From contig NC_081333.1 of the NCBI RefSeq assembly GCF_022539665.2, positions 9,672,001 through 9,736,000 on the forward strand: a stretch of DNA of 64,000 bases, written 5' to 3'. Origin of the DNA: Daphnia carinata (lineage: Eukaryota). Positions 42,284 to 56,521 of the stretch are shown here, piece after piece. Made by a program: the position numbers and the translations under genes. Positions within the stretch are counted from its first letter, which is position 1. The number at the start of each line of letters is the position of its first letter. The notes under the pieces were generated by a model. That model had not been told where the DNA came from. It did not search any database and saw nothing but the letters and a program-made list of their open reading frames with translations.

Positions 42284-42634
42284 TTATCAAGATCTTGAAG
42301 TATGTAGGCGCCATGTGTAGGCGAGGAACAAGATGGGCATAAACTGGCGTTGTTCGTTTATGTGTGGAGGACAAATAGTCAATGTCGTATGCCCATCCGC
42401 GTGCCTAGTATAACCTAGCGTGCAAGTCAATTTTCAAATTCATCAACTCCTCGTCTTGACCATTGCCTGGTGTATGCACTTCAAAATTATATTACACTCC
42501 AGCATAGATGATAAATCAATGTTCTATCAGCTACATATCACGAAGATCCATTTATTAAGAACTTATAAAAGGTCTTATAGAAGTTTAAAAATCATTACCT
42601 CTCGAGAGAACTGGCAAACACAAAAATAAAGCCG

Positions 42635-43628
42635 TCAATCCTGACTAGAACAGGGTTGCAGCGAGCCGGGTTTTACCCAAGAAAGGGATTTCCCCGCAGT
42701 GGTTGAGCCACTTGATTTGGCATTCGCAAGAACAGCTTTGCGGAAAGTTCCATGAATGTTGGGATTATATGGCGAAAATCTCAAATAATGTGGATCACTT
42801 GAGTATTGATTGGAATCATTTAGACGTTCTTTGCATTCCATAATGCATTCGGTAGCTCTCGCCTGAAACTCGGACCGATCGTGCGTGAACCTATTAGACG
42901 TAACAGTTTTAGATGTTCGTTTATGTTACTTAGTTAATTATGTAGCATACAAATCAGCGGCGACTTGGTTCACTGAATCGCGATTATCAATCACAAGTAA
43001 AGATTTCTTTATGTACAGTAGCAAGTGCCATACATGGTGGACACCAACTTGCCACTTTCCGAAGGACGATCGGGTCTCCATGTAACCTGAAACAGGGTCC
43101 ACTTTAGGGTGGAATATTGGGGGCGCAAAAACAATATTCTGTGGAATACAAACAGTATTAAGATTTATAAATACAGATATCTGAAATGCCCTAAGTAGGC
43201 CATAGTTGTCTCACAGGAATGTCAGTTTGGGGAAAATTTTTGCCTATAAAAATGTTAAAGCGAAATACTGCTCCTGCGTAGCAACCACTTCTCAGAAAGA
43301 TAAGGCCAAACCAATCTGAAAAAAAGGACAAAGAATTCAATAATTTCGTTAAAGCTTTGATTTTTTTATTTGTTGCGCTCTTACGCAAAGGATCTTTTGA
43401 AGAAGGCATCACATATACATCTTGCAAAATTTTGGATTGGTCTCTCAGAGCATTGCTGTTATTTAACATGGATTTACTGAAAGGCACTTTCAGGTTACAA
43501 AGAAACTTGACTTACTATTCAGCTAAAATTGAATACTCCATAAAAACTGGTTGGTATTTACTCATGACCTCTTGTGTATCTTTGTCCAAAAAGTGTGCCT
43601 CTGTAGAAGCTATATTTCGGAATTCCAT
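42635..43628 (-). CDS. AKTIP: AKT-interacting protein / Fused toes / crossbronx (UEV-fold), 5 exons
   Basis: YQPVFMEYSILAEY, VYVMPS, WFGLIFLRSGCYAGAVFRFNI, PIFHPKVDPVSG, HHVWHLLLY, DPHYLRFSPY, GKSLSWVKPGSLQP. Confidence 0.9.
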
Positions 43629-43943
43629 GTTTGATCGTTTGGCACCCGAGCAACTTTACCTGTTCACTCAATTAATTCTTCAAATGGATTAATTTTATTG
43701 AGGAAATAGCATTTCAGGGAAATTACAAAATAAATAGAACTTTGGATGCATAGTGCAGCCATCTACCTGTCATCGGTTGTTTACCTCCTGCACAAGTATT
43801 GTTTTTAGGTATTTCAATTACAAAAAAATGCAAAAAATGCTTCATTATTCAAATATTTGTTAGTCTTAGTATTATTTTTTAAAAGAAATTTTGCGTTTCA
43901 AATTGAATTTTTAAATATGATTCCATGCAAGGTTATGTTACTG

Positions 43944-43957
43944 CCACCAGGGGTCAC
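43944..43957 (+). promoter_or_regulatory. CTCF-like motif between the divergent AKTIP and l(3)mbt genes
   Basis: TG-CCACCAGGGGTCAC-TA closely resembles the CTCF core CCACCAGGGGGCGC. Confidence 0.5.
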
Positions 43958-44309
43958 TATCTAATTCATTCCCTTCCCCTTGCTATCATAGCGGTCGAGT
44001 TAAAGATGTCCGTCGAAAGTATTTGAAACGAGCCAGTATAGAATTTGTTTGTGTGACATAAACTTCAGAACTTCTGGCAGTTTACCTGGCTTGGAATTTA
44101 CAGTTGATTTTCGTGCCTGTTCCGCCAACATCATTAGTTGTTTATGTTTGTCTCAATTTTGAGAAACAACAGGAAACCCGCATCGTTATCTGAAGAAGGC
44201 TTTGAGTACAGTAGCCAGACGAGACGGTTCCCCAAGTGCGCACGGGGAATTAACGTTTTTTTGCTGGTTTACATGTTTTACGTGATCGTTTAGAACCCCA
44301 AAAAGGAAA

Positions 44310-47300
44310 ATGAATTCCGAAACGGAAACTCCAGATTCAACTTCTCCTACAATAGATGCGCCGATTGCACCAGCGACCGAGAACACACCGTTGTCTGGTG
44401 AAACCACCGTGATCGTTAATCTTACGGAAACAACTACGGCACCACCGAGCAGCAGCATTACCAGTACAGTGGAGGAAGAATCGGATTTAGCTGAAACGAT
44501 ACCGAATGTAACGAATATTAGCAGCAAATATCCCAAATTAAATGCAAGTTATTTATATTTGAATACAAGTAAAATATTTTGAGAAAATAACTTTTTGTCG
44601 TCGTCTGCAACCAGCAGCTCCGTGTGAACGAATTCGGGATATACGAATTGGTTCCCGGGGAGGAATCGACGGCGGAGAAACTGAATGATACCATTCCGGC
44701 AACCGAAGTTGTATCTGCAGAGAAAGAATTAGTCCCAGAAGCAAAAGTGGCACCTCCGTCAACAGACGCTGATTCCATTCCTCAACCGACAAAACCAGGT
44801 TAGCCTTTTTACTTAACATTTTCCACCGTTCATTTTGCTAACGTGCCCTTTGTTTCATGAAGTGACAATAACAGAAATGGCTCCTGTAAGTTTAAGCCAT
44901 AACAATGGCAATGGTAGTGGCAGTAGCAACAACGGAGATCGAGAGCGGTGGAAACAAAGGTTTCCATCGAATACCAAAGAAAAAGTTGACATCGTCTGCT
45001 GCAAACAATGTGACGGTATATTGTAACAGCAGCTTGATATGTTATTAATCTGAACGCCAAATTTGAAAATCTTTTTATTAATTTGAATGTTTAAGGTTAT
45101 GGAATTGCAGACGAATTTGTTGATCAATACTTCTGTTCGGAAAAATGCCGCAAACTTAGTGTTGCCCAACCGACAAAATCGAAAAATCGAGAAGGCGGTG
45201 CAGCTGCTGGTAAAGTGGCAGTCAAACGCAAGTCCACCTCGTCTAACTCGTCTTCTCAGGCAGGTGACGCGGCCAACAATGCCATTGTCGAATCGTCGCT
45301 TGAACCTTGTAACGAGCAAACGAACAAAGATGGCGACCTGAAGGCTAGTTAGAAATTATTTCATATCCCCTTTCACTTGCTATAAATTTAACTGTATGAC
45401 TAATATTTTTAGCCAATTAAATCATCGTCGGCTTGGTCGTGGTCAAAGTATTTAGAAAGAAGACGAGCACAAGCCGCTCCTGAACGACTATTTTCAGACC
45501 CCTTTCCTTATGGTAAACATGGCTTTCGATCAGGAATGAAGCTGGAGGGCATCGATCCCGAGCATCAATCTCTTTTCTGCGTTATGACTGTTGCAGAAAT
45601 TCAAGGTATTTCATTATTGTTCATTTTCTGTTGACCTTATAGAAATCAACTTCTTTATGTAAAAAAAAAATTATAAATTTGAAGGATACCGACTGCGGTT
45701 GCATTTTGATGGCTATTCCGACTCACACGATTTCTGGCTAAATGCTGATTCTGAAAATCTGTTCCATTGTGGATGGTGTGAGAAGAATGGCCAAAAATTG
45801 CGACCACCAAAACATTATGAATTGCCAAGTGCGCAGTCCACATCATCGCCCCTTCCACCTCACAATCAAACAACTGTCCAGCCCACCACACATGGACGTA
45901 CCTTCAGCTGGCCTCAGTACTTGAAGTTTACAAGTAGCGTAGCAGCCCCTCGTCACCTGTTTATCTCTGCGCAAAATGAGGTACGACTGTATATATATTA
46001 GCACACACTATGTGGATTCGTAATTATTCAATTTCCTGTCTAATTTTTAGTCACCAGTGCCCAGCGCTTTTCGTATTAAAATGAAATTAGAAGCAGTAGA
46101 TCGACGCCATTCGTCGCACACACTTTGTGTTGCTACGGTTGCAAACGTGATTGGTTCGCGCTTCCTGGTCCATTTTGACGGATGGGATAGTATCTACGAT
46201 TATTGGGCTGATCCCACATGCCCTTATGTTCATCCGGTCGGATGGGCACAGGAACACAACACAACACTTACACCACCTTGTGGTAAACTCTTTTTTTTCT
46301 GTTAATCATAAACGTTCTGAACGATGCGGCCCCTCATGTGTTGCTTTGAAATTTGAAAGATTATGACGCTGAAGCTGGTGACTTTGTTTGGGATCACTAC
46401 CTTGCCAAGACAGGGTCGACGGCTGTTCCTCCACGGGCTTTCAAACCTCGTTCACCCGTTGGATTCAAAACAGGCATGAAACTTGAATGCGTTGATCCAC
46501 GCAACCCGCAACTCATTCGCGTCGCCACCGTGGCAGCTGTAAAGGTATACAATACTCTCTGTTATTATAGAAAAAGGCTCCTTGATCTATCAAATCTTTA
46601 TAGGGATATCGGCTAAAAATCCATTTTGACGGCTGGTCTTCTGACTATGATTTCTGGACTGATGACGATTGGCCGGACCTGCATCCACCAGGATGGTGCT
46701 TGAAAACAGGTCATCCTCTGCAACCTCCATTTGTGACGTCCAGCTGTTCCTCGGCGACTGAAAGCGAATGTTCTACACCAGGCTGTACGGGTGCTGGGCA
46801 CGTGGAGGGTGCACGATATGCCACACACACTACAGCTGATCATTGCCCATATTCTAGTAGCAATTTACACCGTGAAAATCCAGCATTTCCCGACCGGTTA
46901 ACAGGTGAAGAAATCGATCCAGTTGTACAGCGACCTCCCTCACCTGAAGTTGTAGCAAGTATAGCAGAGGAAGAGCATGTCAAAGAGGAACCTGGTGTAG
47001 GCAACAAAACCAAAGCAACCTTAATTAAAATTGAAATAGAAACTGGAGAGCGTAGTGGCAGTGCCCCAACTACGGAAAGGTCGTCACCACCTCCCCAGTC
47101 TTCGTCTACCACAAGCGTTAAGAAAGTGGAAGAACAGCGAAAATCGAAAGTTTCAGAAATTATCGACCTACCAGTCAAGAGCGAATCTGAGGCTGAGCTA
47201 AATAACAGACTTATCCAAGTCGATCTCAGACCTGAAAGTCCATCTACAGAACAACAATACGACTCATTGGAAGCCCTTACGCCACCTCCTAAGAAAATGT

Positions 47301-48029
47301 AATTAGAAATTAAAATAGTAGAACAAGAATATTAATGTAGATATATTAACGTGCTTCTCACTTTCTCATGTTTTAGAAGGCTTTCCTACTTTACCGGCAA
47401 AACGGCAGCTAGTGACAACGTAAGGCGGAAATCTGCTGTTCTTGAAGAGCGGGATAAAACGAATGGTGATGTGCCCCACGATCAGAGCCTTCCGGCCGCA
47501 GAACGCAGGCGGAAAGATGAGCCAAACCGGAATTCTCTAGCGGGTCAAAATGACCAATTTGACACCTCAGTGAGCTGCTCAGTGGAAGCGCAAAAATCAA
47601 TGCAACCAGGCTATTCGATGATGGATTTCCCTACCAATTCCAATCTGACAACGCCAATGTGTTGGTCCAAGCATGCTACGCTTCTCGGTGATCTTGTCGG
47701 AGTCAACACGTCTTATCAAGTGGCTCGATGGTCCTGCGATCAGGTTCTGGAATTTTTAGCCAAATTCGGTATTAGTAAGCCGTTACTAGAAAAATTCAAG
47801 CAAGAGGTTTGACAAAGACATGCATTCATCGCATACATTCCAGTTTGATCTGATATGAAATTTTTGACAGGAAATTGATGGCGAAGCGCTCCTTTATTTG
47901 TCTCAAAGTGACCTAACGGACTTGCTTAGCGTCAAATTAGGACCTGCCATTAAAATTCGAAATGCTTTGCTGCTAATGAAGGAAAAAGCCAAATCTGCAA
48001 TGCCATCGACGAACGAAGCACATTCTTAG
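44310..48029 (+). CDS. l(3)mbt: Lethal(3)malignant brain tumor-like protein (FCS finger, 3 MBT repeats, C2HC finger, SAM domain)
   Basis: CKQCDGYG..FCSEKCR; three MBT repeats (GMKLEGIDPEH..LHFDGYS..DFW; MKLEAVD..VHFDGWD..DYW; GMKLECVD..IHFDGWS..DFW); CSTPGCTGAGH..H..CPYS; SAM WSCDQV..QEEIDGEALL..KLGPAIKI. Confidence 0.9.
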
Positions 48030-48972
48030 ATATACTAGAATTTAATTGTATGGTTGTCCTATCCAGTTATTTTTCTTATGCATTGTACCGTGAACGAATC
48101 GAGATAACCTCTTGCTCGAATGATTCTCAATCTCGACTGCACACGACTTGATTTTCTATGTATTACTAAATTTCTTTTCCCGTTCTTTCTATCTTTCTGA
48201 GATTTTTTTTTAAGTTCAATAAAGACATTGATTTATGTCTAGGCTTAGTTTTTACAAGAAGTTATGTTTTTTTCTTTTTAATGAAAAAGTTTCATTTGTT
48301 TAAAAAAACTTATTCAATATTTTGTTTACCAACATTCACCGAACATGTGAGAGATCTTCTTTTTATTAGTCTTTTGTATAATTGAGATTTAACCTTAAGT
48401 GATACGTAACGCGATTACCAACTCTTCACATCTGTTTAAAAAAAAAGAACTGACACGAGTGACCCTCCAAAATACCCTCTGGCACATACGAAACCTGATG
48501 GCTTTAACAGACAAGAGGACAAAAGACGAGAAAAAGGGGGGAAGTGCTCTGGTGGATAAAAGAGCAACTGCTTAAGAAGCTTTTTGTCTGAAGCACTGTG
48601 GTGTGGCTTTCCAGTGTTCATGGTGGAGTGCCGAGAGACATTTGACGGGAATTTGCGTAGCAGTGGGCATGTTGAACAGACAATTCGATCGAATAAAGCG
48701 GTCGGATTCTGTTTCGTAGACACAAATTTTGCAGAACTGTGGAGTGTTTAGGACAAAATGAGAAAAGTGTAGTGGTTATTTGTTGCTGAGAAAGTTCTCT
48801 TAAGAAGAGGTCAGTCATCTTGGTTGGCCCCTTCGAAAAGAAAAAAGTGCGTCTGTTGCCCGAGGCGGTTAAAAAGTCGTCTTTCCCTACAAGGAACCCG
48901 CTGGCCAGCCAAAACCAGCATTTGACTAACAAATCAAGTTACTTGTAGCTCCGTCCGAAATCTCATGAGAAA

Positions 48973-51377
48973 ATGTCTTCTAACAAAAGTGTCTGCATCT
49001 TTGCCTCTTTGTTGGCGTTGTTACTGACTGTTATTTCAGTGAGTTCCACCATTTCTGATCGAGACAGTTTACCCCACCATGGCAGGTGTGAAGCCATCAC
49101 TATCCCCCTGTGTAAAGATATTCTCTATAATGAGACTATCTTCCCAAACCTGCTCAATCACCAAAAACAAGAAGATGCTGGTCTTGAAGTCCACCAGTTC
49201 TATCCATTGGTGAAGGTTAAGTGCAGTCCAGACTTGCAAATCTTTCTTTGCTCTGTCTATGCTCCAGTTTGCACAGTTCTAGACAAACCCATCCCTCCTT
49301 GCCGTTCTCTCTGTCTGTCTGCACGAAATGGTTGTGAGGGTCTCATGAACAAGTTTGGGTTCCAATGGCCAGAAAGCTTAGAGTGCAGCAGGTATCCTGA
49401 AGCAGGTGCTGGAGGAGAACTTTGCGTAGGGGAAAATAATACCAGCTCAGGAACTAGCCATGGTGGTAATGATGGCTACAGGCCTCCATACAAAGTTTCT
49501 GGTAATTATTGTTATTTTCTTGTTTACAATTCAATTGTTTAAACTATCTTTATCTTGTAGGCGGGCTTGGGGGTGTTCCCAATTACCCAAGAAATCCCTT
49601 AAATGAATTGGGTAACTATCCTGGTGTATATCCAGGTGGTCCAGGTGGGCCTGTTGTGGGTGGTAGTCCCACCGGTTATGGTTCAGGTTCCAGTTGGTAT
49701 GGTGGACCAAGTGGTATCCGATCCGGTTTCACATCAGTCAATAGTAACTACTCACGCGATCATGGGTTCATTTGTCCTGCCCAATTCCGAGTGCCAAAAG
49801 GACTTGATTATGTCGTTCGCGTCGGCGGAAAAATCTATCCTGATTGTGGTGCTCCCTGTAAGGGCATGTTTTTCAATGAGAGTGAAGTCCGTTTCTCCCG
49901 AGTTTGGATCGTTGTTTGGGGTGCTATTTGTATGGCATCTTGTCTCTTCACGGTATTAAAGCAACTATTTATAAAACTTCTGTCTACAGATAGATAACTC
50001 CATGATTTTTCTTTCAACATCAGGTGTTGACTTTCTTGCTGGATGTGCGCCGATTCCGCTATCCCGAACGGCCCGTCGTCTTCCTTTCTGTGTGCTATTT
50101 TATGGTGGCATTGGCCTACGTCATCGGATACGCCATGGGAGACAATGTATCATGTAACGCACCGTTTGATCCACCGCCAGATTTCTCGGTCGATAAAGCT
50201 GACATGGTAGAAACCATAACCCAAGTATATAAAGTCGCATGAAAAATCGTAGTTGGAGTTATCTCACTCTCAAATTTTGCTTGCATTTTTGATAGGGAAC
50301 TAAACGCGAGTCTTGTACCATCCTCTTCATGTTGCTCTATTACTTTGAGATGGCAGCTAATCTCTGGTGGGTCGTCTTGACGCTCACCTGGTTCCTGGCA
50401 GCTGGTCTCAAGTGGGGTCATGAACCAATCGAAGCAAAGTCTCATTACTTTCATCTGGTGACGTGGGCTTTGCCGGCTGCTCTTACCATCGCCATCTTAG
50501 CCATGGGCAAAGTTGAAGGTGCGTGCGTTGCTTACAAATTGTCTCGTTGGTCTTTTTTTTTTTTCAATGCTGTTTCACTGGTATCATTCCCTTAGGCGAC
50601 GTACTGAGTGGCGTTTGTTCGGTTGGCGTTTGGGATATGTCCGCCTTACGGCTCTTTGTATTGGCCCCTCTATTCCTTTTTCTTATCGTCGGCACCATTT
50701 TCTTACTGGGCGGCTTCATCTCCCTTTTTAGGGTGAGACTGACACTGCTATTTTTACTTTAGTTCTTCTATAAAGTTATTATTCCCTCTGTGCATTCTGC
50801 AGGTGAGAACATTGATGAAGAGTGGAGGCACCAAGACAGATAAACTCGAAAAGTTCATGCTGCGTATTGGCATCTATTCGTTTTTATACACAGTACCGGC
50901 CATCATTGTTATTGCATGCCTTCTACATGAACAGGTATGTTTATCTTTTGACATTGTGATCTTCCATAACTCGGCAAATATAACTTGATTTCTTCAGGCT
51001 TTCTTCGATTCGTGGATGTTGCGATGGCAAGAAGACAAGTGTCGTGACCCGCAGTGGATTAAATTTGTATTTGCGTGTCCATCACAAAGTTTGGCTTATG
51101 CCAAAGGCGCTGGCGGTTACCCCACGGCTCCAACTTACCCAAAACCGGAATTTGCTGTTTTTATGATCAAGTACGTTGATTGACTTCCAGGAAGTAATTT
51201 TACCGGTCTTTCTGTAATCTAACTCGTTATGGTCTTTCACCCAGGTATCTGATGATGCTGATTGTCGGAATCAGCTCAGGCTTTTGGGTTATGTCCTCCA
51301 AAACATTAGCTACGTGGACCAACTTCTACCGTCGTCTTTTCTGGTTAAAGCCGGAACCCACAGGAGTTTACGTCTAA
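48973..51377 (+). CDS. fz: Frizzled receptor, Fz1/2/7 class, 8 exons
   Basis: Signal peptide, [86 protein letters not shown] (KTxxxW), C-terminal GVYV. Confidence 0.94.
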
Positions 51378-52696
51378 AACAAAAACGCTGAATTTCTTGT
51401 AATTACTCCTCCGACAAAGACACTCACGTCTGGAGGTTGCAATCACCCTGCCTAATTGTTCTGTCTAGTGCGTCTCATCTCGTGCTCAGTTTTCCCGACC
51501 CCTCTCGTCTTGGCGTCTTTAACAAACAAAATGTAAATAGCCAGCTATGAAAGGCAATCGGCAATTTTAATTTTTAATGACGTCTTTTCTCTTCAACACG
51601 ATGAAGAACAAAAACATGCCTTTTTATTTGCGTCCCTCAAGGTGGCTCTTTTTTGCGATCTTTTACTCAATTGCATGACGGTATCATTTCTCCATGAACA
51701 CACAAGAGCCATCCAGTTGTTTACTCCTTTTACACCCATTAACAAGTGGAAAATCGTTCTTATTTGATTGACTTTTATATTGGTAAACAAGCAGCTCGCA
51801 TGTTTCTTTTAGCGCTGCGAACGATCTTTGTCAAACGTTATTGTGCCCAATTGTCTTCGCTCGGAGCGTCCGTATCGTTATGTAACCGTTAGTGCATACT
51901 CTTTTTATGGCAATCGATAAAAGAATTATGCCGAATCACCTGTTTGTTCCGTGCACATTACATTAATAACATTTTTTCATTGGTAGGAAAGCATTATAAC
52001 AATCAGAATACACTGCAACCCGTTTTCATAACGAAAACATTAAATAACGTATATTTCTTCCTTTTTCGTTGTTTTTCCTTGAATCATTTCCGTATACAGT
52101 CATTTGGAACAATTCCATAGGAGATAAAATCGTAGATCCTAAAAAAATTGATAAGAAACCCGTTCCACTAGGTAAGGCAGTTGTCACGTGGAATAATTCG
52201 TTTGCATGCTTTACACACGGAACACCTGGAAGCAGGAATGCATGAGAAAGAAAAAGAGAAAGTCATATGCCAAAGATTTTGGGAGCCCTCGCCCTTGAAT
52301 CATCTTCTGGTCACGAGAATGATCCTTTTAATTATTTAACTGCAGTTTAACAAGAAACTTCAGTTCTGATAGTTTTCAGGGAAATCTTACCATGAAATCA
52401 GATTTTGTTGTTACTTCTGTCCACATAATCACTGTCCTGGTCGTGAAAATATAGCTGCCAGTTTTGAAACCTTAGCCAATCTCAAAAATATATGCCAAGT
52501 ATGTTTTTTAAAATAGATTATTTGCTTATGCCTAATAACTGGTGGAATTAATCAAGAAGCATTGGCGGCTTCACAATCGAAATTTTTAGAATGCATATTG
52601 CGTAGATGAGTACAGCCTACCGTTTATTCTCTGTTCTAGTGGTATTGCTGTTTATCATCACCTCTCTAGCTGTGTAGTACTTAAAACTATCAAAAT

Positions 52697-55250
52697 ATGG
52701 CGGTTGTACTGGACGATTTCAATTTTGAAACCGTTGTAATAGCCCAAGATCTTTTAAATGCCGGTGAAGAATGCACCCAAAGAGGCCTAAATTTTACGGC
52801 GAAATGGTATTATAATTTGCACCTAGTAACTATATTTTTCATTTGAGCTTGCCAATTTTTTTTTTACCTTTTACTTTGTATCATTGATGACAGGCTTGCT
52901 GAGATGGATTTTGCTGTAACACAAAAACTAGATCCAGAGGTAGCTAACAGCCTCGAATACCAGCAGCCTAAGAGGAAAGGCAGGGCAAGATATATTTTGG
53001 CTAAAAAGTATTTTGATGTTAAAGAATACAGCAGGTTTGAAAATTGAATTGTGATTTACTATCGACAGCTGGAGGCTGAAACAGAAGTTGTATACATTTT
53101 TAGATGTGCCCATTACACCCAAGATTGCCAAGACCAAGTCAGCATGTTCTTGCATTTCTATTCAAGATACATGGCTGGAGAGAAGAAACTTGTTGAAGAC
53201 GAAAGTGACAAATCAAGTAAGACTAAGCAATTTAGACAAAAAAGATACCTTTAATTGAATATTTCCCACATTTCCAGGTGAAACAAAGATAGCTCACTTG
53301 AAACTCCTACACCAAGATCTGGGTAGATTAAGGAATACTGCACAATGGGATGGATATCTTTGCTATTTACACGGTTTAGTCTTAAGAAAAATGGATCTTC
53401 CGCATGCCCTACAAGTTCTTCAAGATGCTGTTAATTTAACTCCACTTAATTGGGCCGCTTGGCTTGAACTAGCTAACTTGATAAAAAACAGTGAAATGGT
53501 AAAAGTGGCTCAGTGTGTCATTATGGAGCTTTCTGTTTTATTCAAATCTAGTATTCTGCTTTTTGCATTTGTGCTCTAGCTAAGTCAGCTGAAATTACCC
53601 AACTGCTGGATGAAATATCTTTTCATGGGGCATATTTTAGGTGAACTTCATTTAGATGAAGCAGCACTTAGTCTATATGAAAAGCTTCACCAAGGAGTGT
53701 TTGAACACAGTCTATATGTCAAAAGCCAAATTGCGAAAATTTACTACAGTTTAAGAGGTTTCATGCACAAAGTAGCGAAAAATGGCTAGAACAATTAATT
53801 ATTTGCATCTGGTCCCTAATAGATGGAATCCAGGCAGCAACGAAGTTCAGCGAAATTCGTGAAGAAGATCCGTATTGCCTTGACGCTATGGATGTCTACT
53901 CAAATGTTCTCTACGTTCAAAACAACCAACCTGAACTGGCACAACTGGCTCATCAGGCCTTTGCAGTAGACAAGTATCGGGTAGAAACTTGTTGCATCGT
54001 TGGTGAGAGTCCAAATGTGTCCGAAAACATTATTTATCATTTATCTGAGGACACTTTACATTTGCAGGAAATTATTACGGGTTGCGCGGTCAACATGAGA
54101 AAGCCGTGCTGTATCTTCAGCGCGCATTGAAACTAAATCCGCACTACTCTTATGGTATTACAATTTTTTATGCTTAGTTTCTTAAAGTAAAATTTATTAT
54201 AATGCAGCATGGACAATTATGGGTCACGAAAATATTGAGATGAAGAACTCAAATGCTGCTATCGCTTGCTACAGAAAGGCTACAGGTAGAAATTCTTTTG
54301 ACGCATTGTAACATGGTTGTCAGGGTTTACCCATGACGTTTACTTATTAATCATTTCTTCATTATCTGTCGCAGAAATGAACATACGCGATTTCCGTGCC
54401 TGGTACGGATTGGGACAAGCTTATGAAATTTTGAAAATGCCTCTGTACAGTTTGTATTATTATCGAATGGCTCAATCGCTGAAGCCAGATGATTCTCGCA
54501 TGTTAGTAGCTCTAGGGGATGCCTACGACAAGCTTGAAAGATTGCATGACGCCAAAAAATGTTATTGGAAGGCTCACTGTGTGGGCGATTTGGAATGCAT
54601 CGCTCTGCTACGTCTTGCCAAGTAATCAAAATTTTGAGAATTGCTACTAGGATTTTTCTAATCGCTGGCCTGACTGACTATTTAAGGACCTATGACAAGC
54701 TCAAAGAGACGGATCATGCTGCAGCCGCCTATTGCGATTATTTACGCGATAGCGAAAAACAAGGATCTGGAGAAGGAGATGAACATCATGGCCAAGCGTA
54801 CCTCTATCTAGCTAGCTATTATTAATATTTTCCCGTCGCGTCCCATTTGTAGTCCCTTATTACGAAAAAATAACTTTTGTTTATTTTCATAGTCTGTCCA
54901 AAGGTCCCCAGTTCCTTGACCTGGCCCGCGAGTACGCCCAAAAATGCGTGGAATATCCATCGGTACAGAAATGTCTTATCTGTTTCTTAATAAAGGAAGT
55001 ATTAAATGTTCTTTTTTGTTTTTGGCCCTGTATAGACGCTTGCAGATGGGAAAGCATTATTACGCGAAGTTGCACAGCGATGTCAGGAAGAAAATTCACG
55101 TGTAACTTTTATCTATATCAAATTTTAGCGTATAAAAATTAATTATTGTAAATTTCAATGGCTCAGGATCAAAATTCGATATTCCATAGCCGACAACCGC
55201 TTCGCCGTGTTGGTGGAGAGGATTCACTCAATTTGGTATTCACGCCTTGA
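52697..55250 (+). CDS. CDC23: Cell division cycle 23 / APC8 (TPR subunit of APC/C), about 14 exons
   Basis: ECTQRGL..AKWLAE, LAKKYFDVKEYSR, MDVYSNVLYV, DKYRVETCCIVGNYY, AWTIMGHE..EMKN, DFRAWYGLGQAYEILKMP; C-terminus RRV..LNLVFTP. One junction (about 54822) lacks a canonical donor. Confidence 0.92.
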
Positions 55251-56521
55251 ATTTGCTGTAAATGCAAAGAATGTTGGAATCTTAAAATACAAAATAGTAT
55301 TGGAAACTGCGCAGTAGCAAGCCTCGCAACAGCGTCATGGTGAAATTTATGCGCACGAAGTCCACCTGCCCACGGGCAAAGGAGACGTAGTGCCCTGTGT
55401 CCAATGGGTAGGTATTTGAGCCGTACGGGTAGGTATTCTTTTCTCAATAATTGGATGTGGTGGGTAACAATTCTTTCATTTTTGTGCCCACTACTTATCC
55501 GGACTTCAAATGGATGTTAAAAGCGAGACCGGTGGCATTAACCATGTTTCAAACACCGTTGGCACCGCTTTCTACCCCGATTTTCACGGCAAACACTAAC
55601 CTGGTTTTACCCAGTTGTGTCAGTCACAAGATGGATGCCGCTGGAAAACTATTTTTGGTAGGCGCTATTCAAGCTGCCATTTTTCAATATGGCGGTGTTA
55701 GACCGGATTTGCCCAGCCTTCCGTACTTGCAAAATAATCTACCGGTTGGCCCATGGGCCACTATTTTTGGTGACGATTTGTTTTTGTTTTCCTAATGTCG
55801 GTACGCACCCATCCTGAACCCTGATCTATGATCTGTTCCAGGCCGCTTTTAATATTTTGTTGTTGAGGTTTTTCGCATAATCTAGAGTTTTTGTTTCCCA
55901 AATCTCATTCAATACATAAAGTTTGTTTAAACTTATTTAATGAGTTTTCCTCATCAACGCACAATGAAAATTGTTCTTTTGAAGCTGAATGTAGTTTACA
56001 ATAACAGGACTATCTGCGGAGATATATGCCCAAATCTGATGCACTACAACGCAAAACGTCCTCTTCCAGTCAAACATCCGCTTGGTGCAGGTCAATCGGA
56101 GGGAATAAGGCTTGTGAATTTGACCAAGGTTTGCACAGCAGTAGGTAAACCATCCAATCTATGTGACTCTGCTCCTCTAGCAGCACCGAGTGAAAACAAC
56201 AATTCTTCATTCGCCATCTGGCAACGTCGCATTTCCTGATCGATAGTGGTTTTGTAGTTGATAGTTTGCAATCAATGAATCGATTGTCTAGTACAGTCTG
56301 AAGTTTTTTCCGTGTGTGTCGTATGTCGTCGTGAAGTCTTATGTATCTGTTTTCGTAATTCGCAAGGATCTCGGCGGAGATCCTTAGACTCTGATGATAA
56401 AGGCTATGGATTATGGACATACCTGTTTAGCAGAGTCTCTGACGAATTCCAGCAGTAGTAGCAGCCCATTGATGAAACGAGCCGATAGTTCGTTGATTTC
56501 TTTCAAGGGTCACGGCGCAAC

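Noticed and set aside
55451..55795. 114-aa ORF between CDC23 and bunched
   Set aside because: Starts at TTG, has no recognisable motif, and overlaps promoter-like sequence.
56363..56384. Perfect 9-bp hairpin AAGGATCTC/GAGATCCTT in the bunched leader
   Set aside because: A single short stem is plausible by chance in 64 kb and has no other support.
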